IMG/VR virus record: IMGVR_UViG_3300021399_004731
Origin: a virus
Lineage: Duplodnaviria; Heunggongvirae; Uroviricota; Caudoviricetes
Length of the DNA: 64,000 bases
Strand: one strand, 5' to 3'
The notes below the pieces were generated by a model, which saw nothing but the letters and a program-made list of their open reading frames with translations, did no database searches and had not been told where the DNA came from. The translations under genes and the position numbers were made by a program. How positions within the stretch are numbered: the first letter of the stretch is position 1; each line of letters starts with the position of its first letter. Shown one piece after another: positions 38,416-48,025 of this stretch.

Positions 38416-38994
38416 TTATTCATAGTCCTGAGCAGGCGTCACAGGATGCATTATCGTGTAGTACATGTCCTTGGCTTCCTGAGTGCAGTTGTAATAGTAC
38501 ATGAGGCAGACTGCAAGATAGAGATAGCCGATAGCTGGTGTAGTTTTTTCACTGAAGCACTTGTACTGCATCTCCTCGAATTCTGACTTGGCTCTTGCAA
38601 TCCTGAGCCTCATCTTGAATGGCTGTGCGGGAACAAGAAGAGACAGATACGTAAAGGCTTCCTTCTCCGTCTTGCATTTTGTAGCAATGCCAAAGAACAG
38701 CTTATAGGCGGCAAGAGATGCCTCCTTCCTGTCTTCATCGCTGCCATGGATAAGCCTTCCGAAATCATTGAGCAGGCTCATGCACAGCAGGAGTCCATCA
38801 TCATGAGACATTTCAATCTTTGAGCGTCCTGGTGATGTCATCTCCATTGAGTTTGATGTGGTTTTTAAATTTAGGTCTTCAACCATAATAGTGGTCCTCC
38901 GTTTTTTGATGATGTCGAGAGAACAGAATGGAATGGCAAAAGAGAGACGACCAAAAAGGTCGCTTTCTTTAAAATGAAAGGATTGCAAGAGCAA
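38416..38994 (-). CDS. Hypothetical protein
   Basis: ORF track. Confidence 0.35.
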   Translation of the reverse strand: MLLQSFHFKESDLFGRLSFAIPFCSLDIIKKRRTTIMVEDLNLKTTSNSMEMTSPGRSKIEMSHDDGLLLCMSLLNDFGRLIHGSDEDRKEASLAAYKLFFGIATKCKTEKEAFTYLSLLVPAQPFKMRLRIARAKSEFEEMQYKCFSEKTTPAIGYLYLAVCLMYYYNCTQEAKDMYYTIMHPVTPAQDYE

Positions 38995-39175
38995 GCACTA
39001 TATGCAAAGCAAACAGCACATAAAGTACAGCTCTCCTGCTTTTCTTCATTTCTGAAGGCATTGGACATCTTTCGTCCAGGCACACCTCCAGCAAAAAGAT
39101 TGTAAGAAAGACATATGCCCCAAATACAATCAAAATATAAAATAATTCCATTTCTATTCTCCTCTCCTCTGGCAA
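38969..39175 (-). CDS. Small membrane protein (68 aa)
   Basis: Two hydrophobic helices. An overlapping alternative ORF 38871..39194 looks less protein-like. Confidence 0.3.
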   Translation of the reverse strand: MPEERRIEMELFYILIVFGAYVFLTIFLLEVCLDERCPMPSEMKKSRRAVLYVLFALHIVLALAILSF

Positions 39176-39422
39176 TGGAAAGCCAGATATACATGATATA
39201 TTTATATAATCATATTAATGCATAAAAGAATGGCATTCTATCGTCAGAGAAAGAGAACATAGTTAATCACGAGCATTTTAGGCTTATCACCTGTGTGCAA
39301 AAAAAGACAGGTGCAAGCATAGCTCACACCTATAATTAATCATCAAAAACAGCAATTTGCAGAAAAAAGTTGAAAAATATTTTGAATTTTTTGACTCATG
39401 ATTGCTGATTTTTCTAAATTGT

Positions 39423-39630
39423 TTCATTGCTCGTACTTGGCCATTAGACTGGACAGTGTACAACGCTATGATGATGCTGTGTGTACAACTTATATCAATT
39501 GCTTACACGCACTTGGCCGTTGGACTGGACAGCATTACGAAAAGCGTACAGTGCTATAATGATGCTGTATGTCCAACTTATACTAATTGCTCACTCGTAC
39601 TTGGCCGTTGGACTTGGCGGCATTCATCTG
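39423..39630. repeat. Tandem direct repeat, about 2.5 copies of an approximately 80-bp unit
   Basis: Units begin ATTGCTCGTACTTGGCCATTAGACTGGACAG (39423), ATTGCTTACACGCACTTGGCCGTTGGACTGGACAG (39497), ATTGCTCACTCGTACTTGGCCGTTGGACTTGGCGG (39583). The last partial copy overlaps the 3' end of 39583..39999. Confidence 0.6.
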
Positions 39631-39999
39631 GCTTTCCTGTGAATTCAGATACTGCTGTTCTTCCTTGGTGTCATAGCCCTTATGCAGGACCTTCATGATA
39701 CCACCCCTGTTGAACATGTAATTGTTCGTGCCAGTGCATCCCTGTGGATATGTGCATCCAGAATAGTCATAGAGTACGTTATAGCCATCCACCTGAGCTA
39801 CGCCAGTAATGACCATCGTGCCAAGTCCTGAGACCTGTACGACAGAGCCGACTGGCATCAGCTTGGATGTATCATACATTTCTGAATCACTCTTCTTCTT
39901 TTTAGATGAGCATCCAGTCAGGGCTATGACACATGCCAGTAGCATCATGACAGCCATTAGCATATGTCTTCTGCTAAAATGATAGTCTTCTGTTCTCAA
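39583..39999 (-). CDS. Lipoprotein
   Basis: Signal peptide plus lipobox IALTGCSS. Confidence 0.5.
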   Translation of the reverse strand: MRTEDYHFSRRHMLMAVMMLLACVIALTGCSSKKKKSDSEMYDTSKLMPVGSVVQVSGLGTMVITGVAQVDGYNVLYDYSGCTYPQGCTGTNNYMFNRGGIMKVLHKGYDTKEEQQYLNSQESQMNAAKSNGQVRVSN

Positions 40000-40017
40000 A
40001 TGTCATCATCTCCCCCA

Positions 40018-40341
40018 TTATCTTGCATAGCCTACGATATGTCCCGTCCTGTGCACGCCAATGACTGGGATGGAGTACTTGTAGTCAGTCGTGACAGTAT
40101 AGACCTCGCTTCCATCCTTTGGCGGCGTGACTGTCGTGACAAATCCATCTGTCTTGTAGGCTGTCTTGTATTTGTCTACAACGCCTGCAGAGAAGTCTGA
40201 GGCAGACAGCTCTGCCGTTGCAGTGTCATTGATGGCCTGAGCCTTTCTGACTGTGGATGAGACATTGATGGCAGTGATGGCAAAGACCACGAGAAACAGC
40301 GTAATCAGAAAGTCGATGACCCATTCAATTGCTCTGCTCAT
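40018..40341 (-). CDS. TadE-like pseudopilin/pilus assembly protein
   Basis: N-terminus MSRAIEWVIDFLITLFLVVFAITA matches the TadE pattern (A-V/I-E-F/W then hydrophobic stretch). Small secreted body. Confidence 0.5.
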   Translation of the reverse strand: MSRAIEWVIDFLITLFLVVFAITAINVSSTVRKAQAINDTATAELSASDFSAGVVDKYKTAYKTDGFVTTVTPPKDGSEVYTVTTDYKYSIPVIGVHRTGHIVGYAR

Positions 40342-40360
40342 AGAATTACCTCCTGTGTTG

Positions 40361-40789
40361 TTATTTAATTAGCAGCTGTATTGTTGCTGTTGTTTTCAGT
40401 CCGCCTGAAGAATAGAAACGTCCCGTGACTGTGTATTTTCCAACCCTGGACGTATCATAGGAGCCGTCTGCCTTTCTTGTCAGACCGACAACCGTATACT
40501 TTGTCTCGCTTGCAACATTTCCTGTTGCGTTCAGGTGCTGTCTGAGGACACTATCGTTAAGCGTCTCTCCTTTATTGATTGCAAAGTCGTTGGCAAGAAT
40601 AATCTGAGGAGCTGTGCCAGTGCTTTCACGATAGACTTGTTTCTTTTCTGTTGTTTCTGCGGCGTTTCTGGCGTATCCAGCTGTCGTATTGCTTCCGCCT
40701 CCCCATACAGAGACAACGGCAAGCAGGAGGAGGGCAACAGCAAAGACAGAACCCATCATCCTGAGTCCGAAATAGCTTGATGTTTCCAT
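40361..40789 (-). CDS. Membrane-anchored secreted protein in the Tad locus (possible minor pilin/TadE-like)
   Basis: N-terminal hydrophobic segment GSVFAVALLLLAVVSVW then a beta-rich body. Position between pilin genes and a TadE-like gene. Confidence 0.4.
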   Translation of the reverse strand: METSSYFGLRMMGSVFAVALLLLAVVSVWGGGSNTTAGYARNAAETTEKKQVYRESTGTAPQIILANDFAINKGETLNDSVLRQHLNATGNVASETKYTVVGLTRKADGSYDTSRVGKYTVTGRFYSSGGLKTTATIQLLIK

Positions 40790-40792
40790 ACG

Positions 40793-40930
40793 CTATCCTC
40801 CAAGTGCCCTGATGAAGACAAGGAAGAATGACTTGATGTAAGTCAGGAATGAAGCAATTGCCAGCAGTCCAAGTGCTGCACCGAGCACGACTGACATGGC
40901 ACGCATTCCAGCTTCAGTTGTAAAATGCAT
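40793..40930 (-). CDS. flp: Flp-family pilin (45 aa). Not in the ORF track (<60 aa).
   Basis: RBS GAGGAGGTGAGG 7 nt upstream. MHFTTEAGMRAMSVVLGAALGLLAIASFLTYIKSFFLVFIRALGG: short charged leader ending ...EAG then a hydrophobic helix, as in Flp prepilins. Immediately downstream of tadC. Confidence 0.55.
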   Translation of the reverse strand: MHFTTEAGMRAMSVVLGAALGLLAIASFLTYIKSFFLVFIRALGG

Positions 40931-40945
40931 TAATCCTCACCTCCT

Positions 40946-41053
40946 CTAAAGATTCTGCATATTGGCAAACAGGTATGCACCTAGCGTTAAAAGACCTGTA
41001 CAGATGATGACCGTGATAGCCATTCTTAAAGCTTCTTCAGTAGAAAAATGCAT
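40946..41053 (-). CDS. flp: Flp-family pilin paralog (35 aa). Not in the ORF track.
   Basis: RBS GGAGGTGAC upstream. MHFSTEEALRMAITVIICTGLLTLGAYLFANMQNL. Same MHF(S/T)TE leader as the neighbouring pilin. Confidence 0.55.
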   Translation of the reverse strand: MHFSTEEALRMAITVIICTGLLTLGAYLFANMQNL

Positions 41054-41168
41054 AGACGTCACCTCCAATGTGACGGCAGGAGGAGCGTTGTCACGCTCTC
41101 ACGCTGTTACGCTGTCCTGCCTTCACAATATAGTTAATCATATGTATATGTATGTATCCATTGCCGTA

Positions 41169-42416
41169 TTATGTAGCTGAAATCGTGGAGCTCATCAGCA
41201 TGGACACCATGAGAATATAGACGGATACAAGGAAGATAGGCAGAGAATTGAGGGCACCAATGAAGAAGGTAGCCTGCTCCTGGTTCTGCTTCCTGATGTC
41301 GCCTTTCAGTCTGTTCAGTCTGTCGTGCATGTGGAAGAACTCCTCAACAATCTTGTTCTTGTCAAGGAAGTTGAAGCTGTACATATCCATGACGATTTCT
41401 GAGACTTCTGGCAGATTGTATTCTGAAAGGAATGACTTGTAGGCCTCCTTGTCAACGGGATTTCTTTCAAGCTTCCTGATGAATTCATCCAGGTCGTCTT
41501 TCATGACTTCTGGACATGATACATAGGATTTCTTGATGGCGTTTGGAATAGTATTTGTAATAATCAGGATTTCCATGAGAGACATCCATAATGGGAAGGC
41601 TCTCTTGATTTCCCTCTGCTTCTTCCTGAACTTGCTCCTGAGCACCAGGTAGTCATATTTGTAGATGCCGTAGGACAAGAAGGCAATGCCTGCAAGAGGA
41701 ACAGCCAGCGTATTCATAGTATTCAGCTTAGTTCCTGTATACTTCATGATGAGCCATGCAGAAACATAGATGAAGACAGCTGCAACGAAGAAGGCAAATG
41801 TCTTGGAGATTCTTCTGAATACGAAGTCATGAGCCGTGTCACCTTCACTCAGCTGTGAAATCAGCGTATAGAGGTCGGCTTCCGTAGAGGCTGACAGCAG
41901 CATGTCGCTTGCATTGGACCTCTTGTCCTGCTCTGTCAGCATGGTTGTATTGTTCCTGATTTTCTCAGAATAAGCCATGTCACGGTCAATGCCTGCAATG
42001 ACGCTGTTGAGCATCTTGTTGATGCTTCTGTCCAGGTCCGTTCCAAACAGGCTCTTGAAGGTCATTCCCATGATGAATGTAGCAATGGGACCGATGACAG
42101 GGATAAGAGCAATCAGTGCAAGGAAATAGGACTTGTCAGCATCATTGAATCTCCTGGCACAAAGAGCCATGTAGAGTACGATGAAGTTAGCATGAAACAG
42201 CACAGCTAGCAGACCGACAAACCTGATGATGAGCTGAAGGTTCGTGACGACATGGAAATAATAAAGGCCATATCCGAGTCCAGAGACAAGACCAATGAAG
42301 AAGAGCGTGAAGCACATCAGCTTGGGTGCCTGCCTCTTGAAGTCATTAATGTCAACAGTGCCTTTGTAATTGGCAAGGTTGTTATAAAGTTCGTTAAAAT
42401 CCATAGAATTCCTCAT
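41169..42416 (-). CDS. tadC: TadC-like pilus assembly inner-membrane protein (T2SSF/GspF fold)
   Basis: 415 aa polytopic membrane protein directly following the tadB-like gene and CpaF ATPase. Arrangement and size typical of TadB/TadC pairs. Confidence 0.55.
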   Translation of the reverse strand: MRNSMDFNELYNNLANYKGTVDINDFKRQAPKLMCFTLFFIGLVSGLGYGLYYFHVVTNLQLIIRFVGLLAVLFHANFIVLYMALCARRFNDADKSYFLALIALIPVIGPIATFIMGMTFKSLFGTDLDRSINKMLNSVIAGIDRDMAYSEKIRNNTTMLTEQDKRSNASDMLLSASTEADLYTLISQLSEGDTAHDFVFRRISKTFAFFVAAVFIYVSAWLIMKYTGTKLNTMNTLAVPLAGIAFLSYGIYKYDYLVLRSKFRKKQREIKRAFPLWMSLMEILIITNTIPNAIKKSYVSCPEVMKDDLDEFIRKLERNPVDKEAYKSFLSEYNLPEVSEIVMDMYSFNFLDKNKIVEEFFHMHDRLNRLKGDIRKQNQEQATFFIGALNSLPIFLVSVYILMVSMLMSSTISAT

Positions 42417-42419
42417 TAC

Positions 42420-43319
42420 CTACTCGTTCCTGTTAATCCACTTGAACTTCACGAATGAACGTACAAAGATGAACGAGACAAGCATGAGCATGATGTAGAT
42501 AAATGTATAGATTTGATAGGTCATGTTAGGGAAAAGATTCTTTGTAACAAGGTCAGGCAGATACATATAGATGAACAGTGACATGCCTAGAGACCCGCCG
42601 ACAAAGATACCGTTTGCCTTTTTGGCTCTCTGTACAGCTGTCTGGAAGGAATAGGTGTCCGTCTCCCATTCGTTATAGTCAATGTTATAGAGAGCCTGAT
42701 AGATGATGTCACCGCCTTCCTTCTCTCCAAGAATCAGATAGGAATGTAGCTGATTGACATAGGAATTATAGAAATCAGCCTCAATGAACTTGAAGGCATC
42801 AGCGATGGACTGTCCGCCTTCAATGGCCTTGATGGCCTTGTCAACGTCCTTGAACATGAGGGAATTCTTACTGAAGGACTGCTGTGTCTGCTTGAGAGCC
42901 GCCAGCACCTTCTTGTACTGTCTGAAGTTGTTAATCATCTGCTTCAGGTAGATACACAGGTCAGAGAAGTTCTGCTGCTCATTCATGTACTGATACTGCG
43001 AATAGACCATGAAAGGCATCATGACAATCAGCAGCAGGATATTAATCAGGATATACTGAATCTTGAGCCTGTGCAGATAGGCAAGAATGAAGATGATGAC
43101 AGCATAGAAGATGATGCTCTTGGCATAATCGAAGAAGGAGTAATTGAAGCCGAATCCGTTAATCTGACGCTTCAGGGCCTTGAAGGAGAAGAGACTGTTA
43201 TTCTCCCCCTTCAGCTTCTTGACGTCCTTCTCGTTCATCTGCTTCTTTTTCTTCATTTCTCTTGGATTTTCTTTCTTATTCATCTGCATCACCGCCTGCT
43301 GCATAGACGTGACCGTCAA
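42420..43319 (-). CDS. tadB: TadB-like pilus assembly inner-membrane protein
   Basis: 299 aa polytopic membrane protein. Start overlaps the end of the CpaF gene. T2SSF-like topology. Confidence 0.55.
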   Translation of the reverse strand: MTVTSMQQAVMQMNKKENPREMKKKKQMNEKDVKKLKGENNSLFSFKALKRQINGFGFNYSFFDYAKSIIFYAVIIFILAYLHRLKIQYILINILLLIVMMPFMVYSQYQYMNEQQNFSDLCIYLKQMINNFRQYKKVLAALKQTQQSFSKNSLMFKDVDKAIKAIEGGQSIADAFKFIEADFYNSYVNQLHSYLILGEKEGGDIIYQALYNIDYNEWETDTYSFQTAVQRAKKANGIFVGGSLGMSLFIYMYLPDLVTKNLFPNMTYQIYTFIYIMLMLVSFIFVRSFVKFKWINRNE

Positions 43320-44391
43320 ATCCTACGACCTGCTGGTTCCACTCAATGAAAATACCTTTCTTGGCAAGCTTCTTGAAAGTGGATTCAGGGATAGGATAGT
43401 AGTGCACAATATGGTCAGGCGTAACTTCATAGATAGTATCGGCTGTGCGTCCTCCGTTCTCATCATAGTTGAAGACGACAATCTGACTGATGTATCTGTG
43501 CATGCTACCCTGATGCATTTCTTTTTCAATATGGATGCCGACATCAACATAGTCATAAATCATGTTTTCAACCTTATCATTGGACAGCTCATTGTCAGAG
43601 AACATGTTCAGCATACGCTTAGGAATGTCTCTCGCATCATCCGTGTGAATTGTTGTCATGATTTTTGCACCTGTTGAAATGGATTTCAGCAGTTCCTTGA
43701 TTTCTGATGAACGAGCCTCTGAAAGCAGTACCCATGTAGGGTCCATACGCATGCAGCTCTTGATTGCGGCATCATAGTCAACGATATCATTGACTTCAAG
43801 CTCAACAATATCCTTTTCTGGATAGACATCGACAAGATGCAGCTCCAGCGTATCCTCGATTGTGATGATACGTTCCCAAGGATTGATGTAGCCTGACAGG
43901 AACTTGACAAGCTCAGTCTTGCCTGAACCAGTCATGCCGCAGACTACGGTATTCAGCTGTGCCTCAGCTGCGGCCTTCAGGAATTCAAGACCTTTCTTTG
44001 TGCAGTATTCGTTCTCCTGCACCTGCTCTGCATTGATACGTGAAACGGATGGCGTCTTACGGATGGACACGGAACTGCCAGAAATGGCAACGCTTCGGTG
44101 CACGAACTGAAGACGCATGTTAGGAAGCTCAGCCTGAAGAATAGGATAGGCAACGTTGAACTGTTCGTTGTTCTCATTGGACATCAGATAGCCCATTCTT
44201 TCGATTTCATCGCTGTCAATGTCCAGTCCCTTGACCTCGTAGCGTCCTTTGGTGATGCTGTCCAGCCATACGGAGCGTGAATTACAGTTGATGTCAGTCA
44301 CGTCATCATCATTGATGTAAGGCATGAGCTTGCCGAAAATCATTTCAAGCTTTTCCTGTGACAGGACGAGCGTGTTGTTTTGATTTTCCAT
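43276..44391 (-). CDS. tadA: CpaF/TadA-type secretion ATPase (VirB11/GspE family)
   Basis: Walker A VVCGMTGSGKTE. Asp box ERIITIEDTLEL. Walker B/His box region (VLLSEARSSE, TIHTDDA). Length 371 aa typical of CpaF. Confidence 0.85.
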   Translation of the reverse strand: MENQNNTLVLSQEKLEMIFGKLMPYINDDDVTDINCNSRSVWLDSITKGRYEVKGLDIDSDEIERMGYLMSNENNEQFNVAYPILQAELPNMRLQFVHRSVAISGSSVSIRKTPSVSRINAEQVQENEYCTKKGLEFLKAAAEAQLNTVVCGMTGSGKTELVKFLSGYINPWERIITIEDTLELHLVDVYPEKDIVELEVNDIVDYDAAIKSCMRMDPTWVLLSEARSSEIKELLKSISTGAKIMTTIHTDDARDIPKRMLNMFSDNELSNDKVENMIYDYVDVGIHIEKEMHQGSMHRYISQIVVFNYDENGGRTADTIYEVTPDHIVHYYPIPESTFKKLAKKGIFIEWNQQVVGFDGHVYAAGGDADE

Positions 44392-44739
44392 TGTTTATAT
44401 TCCTCCATTATTTACATTGTTTAGAAATTAGACAGGAAATCCTGGCCGTATGCGTTTATTGAATGCTTGTTATTGCTGTTGCATATTTATATTTATTATG
44501 CAAATCTGTATTATCTTCATGACAGTAGAAAGCATGACAAGCGAATAGTCAGCAACATGTGCCAGTCTTCGTGACTGCTCAACGCAACAGCTGGCATTCA
44601 TCTTCAAAACACACCATTTATAATTAATCATATTATTTTTCGTTTTCTTCCATATTTGCAAAAGTTTTACAGGATGATGTCGCTATGTTGATGTTCTAAA
44701 AGATTGTATATAATTTGCATTTCAAAATAGAATTAAGCA

Positions 44740-44780
44740 AAAAAAGAGGACTGAATATCAATCAGTCCTCACTTTTTATA
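44740..44780. terminator. Bidirectional rho-independent terminator
   Basis: AAAAAAAGAGGACTGAatatcaaTCAGTCCTCacTTTTT. Confidence 0.55.
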
Positions 44781-45330
44781 TGTTATCAGCATCAGCAGGA
44801 ATGACGATAATATCATTCAAAGGCACAATCAGCACTAAATCCCCAATATCAACAAGTTTCTTTACCTGCCGACTGAGTTTGATTTTGCAGATAGTCTCAT
44901 GATTAGGCAACTGCACGCTGACAAAGTACTTTCTTTCGCTCTTGCTATGCAGATAGAATTTATTAATCACTATGCCATGATAGGTCTTGCTGTTCTCCCT
45001 GCATTTTTCTTGTCTCCATTTTCTTGCCATGCTGAATGTCAGCATGATATACGATACAGACAGAAGAAGAATCACAAAGACTTCCTGAAACGGATTCTTA
45101 AAACTCTTTTCGCCATACAGCAGCAGAATCACAAGCAGAACTGAATAGATGAGCTCAATGACTGTATATCTCAGCTTCTCTTTGAGTAGAATCTTGTTGA
45201 CAAGGTCAATCTGACTGCTGGTCAGGGAAACGGAATCAAGTTTGGAGAAATCGCCATCAAAGCTGTCTGTGAATTTATTAGCTTCATCATAGGAATCCAA
45301 GAATTCATCCTTTCTTTCCTTGTTGCTCAT
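44776..45330 (-). CDS. Membrane protein translationally coupled to topB
   Basis: Its start abuts the topB stop. Two TM helices (VIELIYSVLLVILLLY, VFVILLLSVSYIMLTF). Confidence 0.4.
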   Translation of the reverse strand: MSNKERKDEFLDSYDEANKFTDSFDGDFSKLDSVSLTSSQIDLVNKILLKEKLRYTVIELIYSVLLVILLLYGEKSFKNPFQEVFVILLLSVSYIMLTFSMARKWRQEKCRENSKTYHGIVINKFYLHSKSERKYFVSVQLPNHETICKIKLSRQVKKLVDIGDLVLIVPLNDIIVIPADADNI

Positions 45331-47724
45331 TTATTTAAACTTGAACGTCACGCCTCTGACGTCATCAAGCACGAGAGCGGCATCAAACTTCTTGCCTGCC
45401 TTGCTGGTGAATCCCTTGATGACTGGAGTATAGCCTCTTTCAAGCAATGACATCATCTGGTTGTCCGTCAGTCTCTTGCCAGAGACAGTTCTCCATATCT
45501 TGAATCCACATTCATTCTCACAGGCATAGAGAGCTCCTCTGTCCTCTACCCTGCCTCCGCATACTGGACATGTGCCAACATATTCCTTGGAGAAGTCAAA
45601 TTCAATCTTGTGTGTGGATTTGTTGACCTTAAGCTTGGCAGAGAATGGCTTGCCTGCCTTGCTGACGAATCCATCAATTTTTTCCGTTACGCCAGCATCA
45701 TCAAGCTGTCTGATGATTTTCTTGGCTTCACTCTTCGTTATCTTCTTGTTTCCTGTCTGCTTCCATAATGCAAATCCACAGCTTCTGTCTGGGCATGAAT
45801 AAGCCATCTTAGTCTCTGTTATAGCCTTGCCACATACTGGGCATGCTCCCAGGTCATCAGCAGAGATGGAAGCACCTTCTCCTGCTTCTGCCTTCTTTGT
45901 ATTTGCTGTCTCAATGAGTTCATCTACATTCTTATCTAGCATTTTTATAAAGTCTCCTTTTGTCATTTTTCCTGACTCCACGTCTGACAGCCTGCCTTCC
46001 AGCTCGGAAGTCATGACGGGAGAGGCTATTATCTGGTCTCCGATAATCTGCATCAGTGCATTCAGCTTGGCTGTCGGATAAAGCACTGACTTCTTGCGTG
46101 TTATATAATCGTGGGCATAGAGGTTTTCAATGATGCCACTTCGTGTAGCACTTGTGCCGATGCCCTTGACATCCTTGAGGATTTCCTTGGCATCATCATC
46201 ATCCACATAGCGTCCTGCATGCTCCATGGCATCAAGCAGTCCAGCTTCTGTGAGTCTTGCTGGCGGTGTCGTCTTCTTGGATTCGCTGACAGCCTTCAGG
46301 CATTCATAGCTGTTGCCATCCGTTACGCTAGGCAATACCTTGTCGGAAGGAATGCCTGACAGCTCCATCCATGATGGGTCAATGACACTCTTGCCCTTTG
46401 CATTAAGTCTGTAGGTCTTTCCATTTGCTGTCACATTTGCTGACACTTCTGTCTCTGCCATCACAGCTGGTGCATAGAACGCCTGGAGATAGCGTGTCAC
46501 AATCATTCTGTAGACTGCCTGTTCATCTGCGGGCAATGAGGCATACTTGGAAGCAGGATTACCGCCAGCTGAAGGCGTGATGGCTTCATGAGGCATATCT
46601 CCATCAGTGGAAATGACATGCTTCTGCATGCTGGCTCCATGAGCATCAATATAGGCAAGACCATTGACAGCCTCATCAAATGCCAGTCCTCTCAGTGTGC
46701 TGACTGTCCTGCTGGCGTTCTTGGCGGCATCAGCAGAGACCTGTCTGACTTCTGTTCTTGGATAGGTCGTCATGCCCTGCACCTGATAGAGGTCCTGCAG
46801 GATTTCCATGACTCTTTCTGCTGAGAGTCCTAGCTTCTTGCCTGCATCCTTCTGGATGTCTGTTGTATTGTAGAGCAGAGGGGCTTTCTTGGATGTCTTT
46901 TTGTCCGTTCTTGAAAGCACGGCACTTCTTCCCTTCATGGCAGAGGCAATGGCTGAGACATCTTCATCAATTCTTGCTGATGTCAATTCAATGCTGGAAG
47001 CTTCATCAGTGGCAAATGTCGCCTTGAGAATATTGTAAGGCTCAGGCTTGAAGTTGGCTATTTCCTGGTCGTTCTTCCATACGATGGCAGCTGTAGGTGT
47101 CTGCACTCGCCCAGTGTTGATGACGTTGCCAGAGCCTCCAAAGTTGACGGTCATGACTCTTGTGGATGTCAGGCCAATGAGATAGTCTGCCCTCTGTCTG
47201 CACAAGCCAGCATCACTGAGAGTGTCATAGGCACTGTTAGGCTTTCTTGTATTGAAGGCGTTACGCAATCCAAGGGGCGTCCATTCCTGTATCCATGCAC
47301 GTGAAATGCGTAATGAGGACTTAGGCTTCAGCTCTGTAGCAATCAGCGTCCAGATAAGCTGTCCTTCCCTGTCAGGGTCAGTGCAGACAATGATTTCATC
47401 CACATCGCTTCTGCCTGCAAGCTTCTTGATGCACTTGTAATAGTTCTTGTCTGTTGGTCCAGGCTTAAGAGGCAGTTCATCAGGAATGTCAGCCAGTCTG
47501 CTGTTTGACCATCTCTTATTATCTTCACTGATTTCCTGTGGCATCTGAGGCGTAAAGAGATGTCCCAGTGCTGAAGCAAACAGGAACTTGTCACCTTCAT
47601 AGTAGCTTACTCTGTCTGAGAACTTGTTGCGTACAGCCTTTCTGTCCAGTGCTGCCACCAGCTGTCTCATGACATCAGGCTTCTCTGCTATCAGTAATTT
47701 CTTGCTCATATTAAGAACCTCCAT
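45331..47724 (-). CDS. topB: DNA topoisomerase III (type IA) with C-terminal zinc ribbons
   Basis: N-terminal Toprim LLIAEKPDV. Type IA core. C-terminal CPVCGK...C and CPVCGG...C zinc-ribbon repeats. Confidence 0.82.
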   Translation of the reverse strand: MEVLNMSKKLLIAEKPDVMRQLVAALDRKAVRNKFSDRVSYYEGDKFLFASALGHLFTPQMPQEISEDNKRWSNSRLADIPDELPLKPGPTDKNYYKCIKKLAGRSDVDEIIVCTDPDREGQLIWTLIATELKPKSSLRISRAWIQEWTPLGLRNAFNTRKPNSAYDTLSDAGLCRQRADYLIGLTSTRVMTVNFGGSGNVINTGRVQTPTAAIVWKNDQEIANFKPEPYNILKATFATDEASSIELTSARIDEDVSAIASAMKGRSAVLSRTDKKTSKKAPLLYNTTDIQKDAGKKLGLSAERVMEILQDLYQVQGMTTYPRTEVRQVSADAAKNASRTVSTLRGLAFDEAVNGLAYIDAHGASMQKHVISTDGDMPHEAITPSAGGNPASKYASLPADEQAVYRMIVTRYLQAFYAPAVMAETEVSANVTANGKTYRLNAKGKSVIDPSWMELSGIPSDKVLPSVTDGNSYECLKAVSESKKTTPPARLTEAGLLDAMEHAGRYVDDDDAKEILKDVKGIGTSATRSGIIENLYAHDYITRKKSVLYPTAKLNALMQIIGDQIIASPVMTSELEGRLSDVESGKMTKGDFIKMLDKNVDELIETANTKKAEAGEGASISADDLGACPVCGKAITETKMAYSCPDRSCGFALWKQTGNKKITKSEAKKIIRQLDDAGVTEKIDGFVSKAGKPFSAKLKVNKSTHKIEFDFSKEYVGTCPVCGGRVEDRGALYACENECGFKIWRTVSGKRLTDNQMMSLLERGYTPVIKGFTSKAGKKFDAALVLDDVRGVTFKFK

Positions 47725-48025
47725 ATATATTCTGCATATTCTTTTTCATATTCTTATTATTCTTTAATGCATTTTAATTATATCACAATAATGTCATAAT
47801 TGCATTTATATGGTAGGTAAATTAAGGAAATTTAATATTAATGGCAATGAAGGAGTTAGAGATGACTGGAATCATAGGAACAGTCTCACGGTGATGAGAT
47901 AGGAGTCATGAAAGGTACACTGCCATCACTGTCTTCTTTTAACAATGAAGCATGGTCGTTACACTCCCATGCATTAGACCATATGTCTGGGTGAGACTCC
48001 TAATGCCCTATATAACATATGTTCT

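Noticed and set aside
39423-39630. Possible CRISPR array
   Set aside because: Repeats are about 80 bp, contiguous and degenerate, with no unique spacers. No cas genes in the window.
39402-39698. 98-aa plus-strand ORF
   Set aside because: It simply reads through the about 80-bp tandem repeats (repetitive peptide). No RBS. Opposite to local transcription.
43323-43556. Short ORFs nested in or antisense to tadA/tadB (43323..43556, 43180..43677, 43686..43910)
   Set aside because: They overlap well-supported genes in other frames.
40018-47724. Integrative conjugative element (topoisomerase III + VirB11-like ATPase + helicases)
   Set aside because: The ATPase belongs with a Tad/Flp pilus set (pilins, TadB/C, TadE). 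No relaxase, coupling protein, integrase or att repeats were seen. RecD2, RecJ and SecA are core genes.
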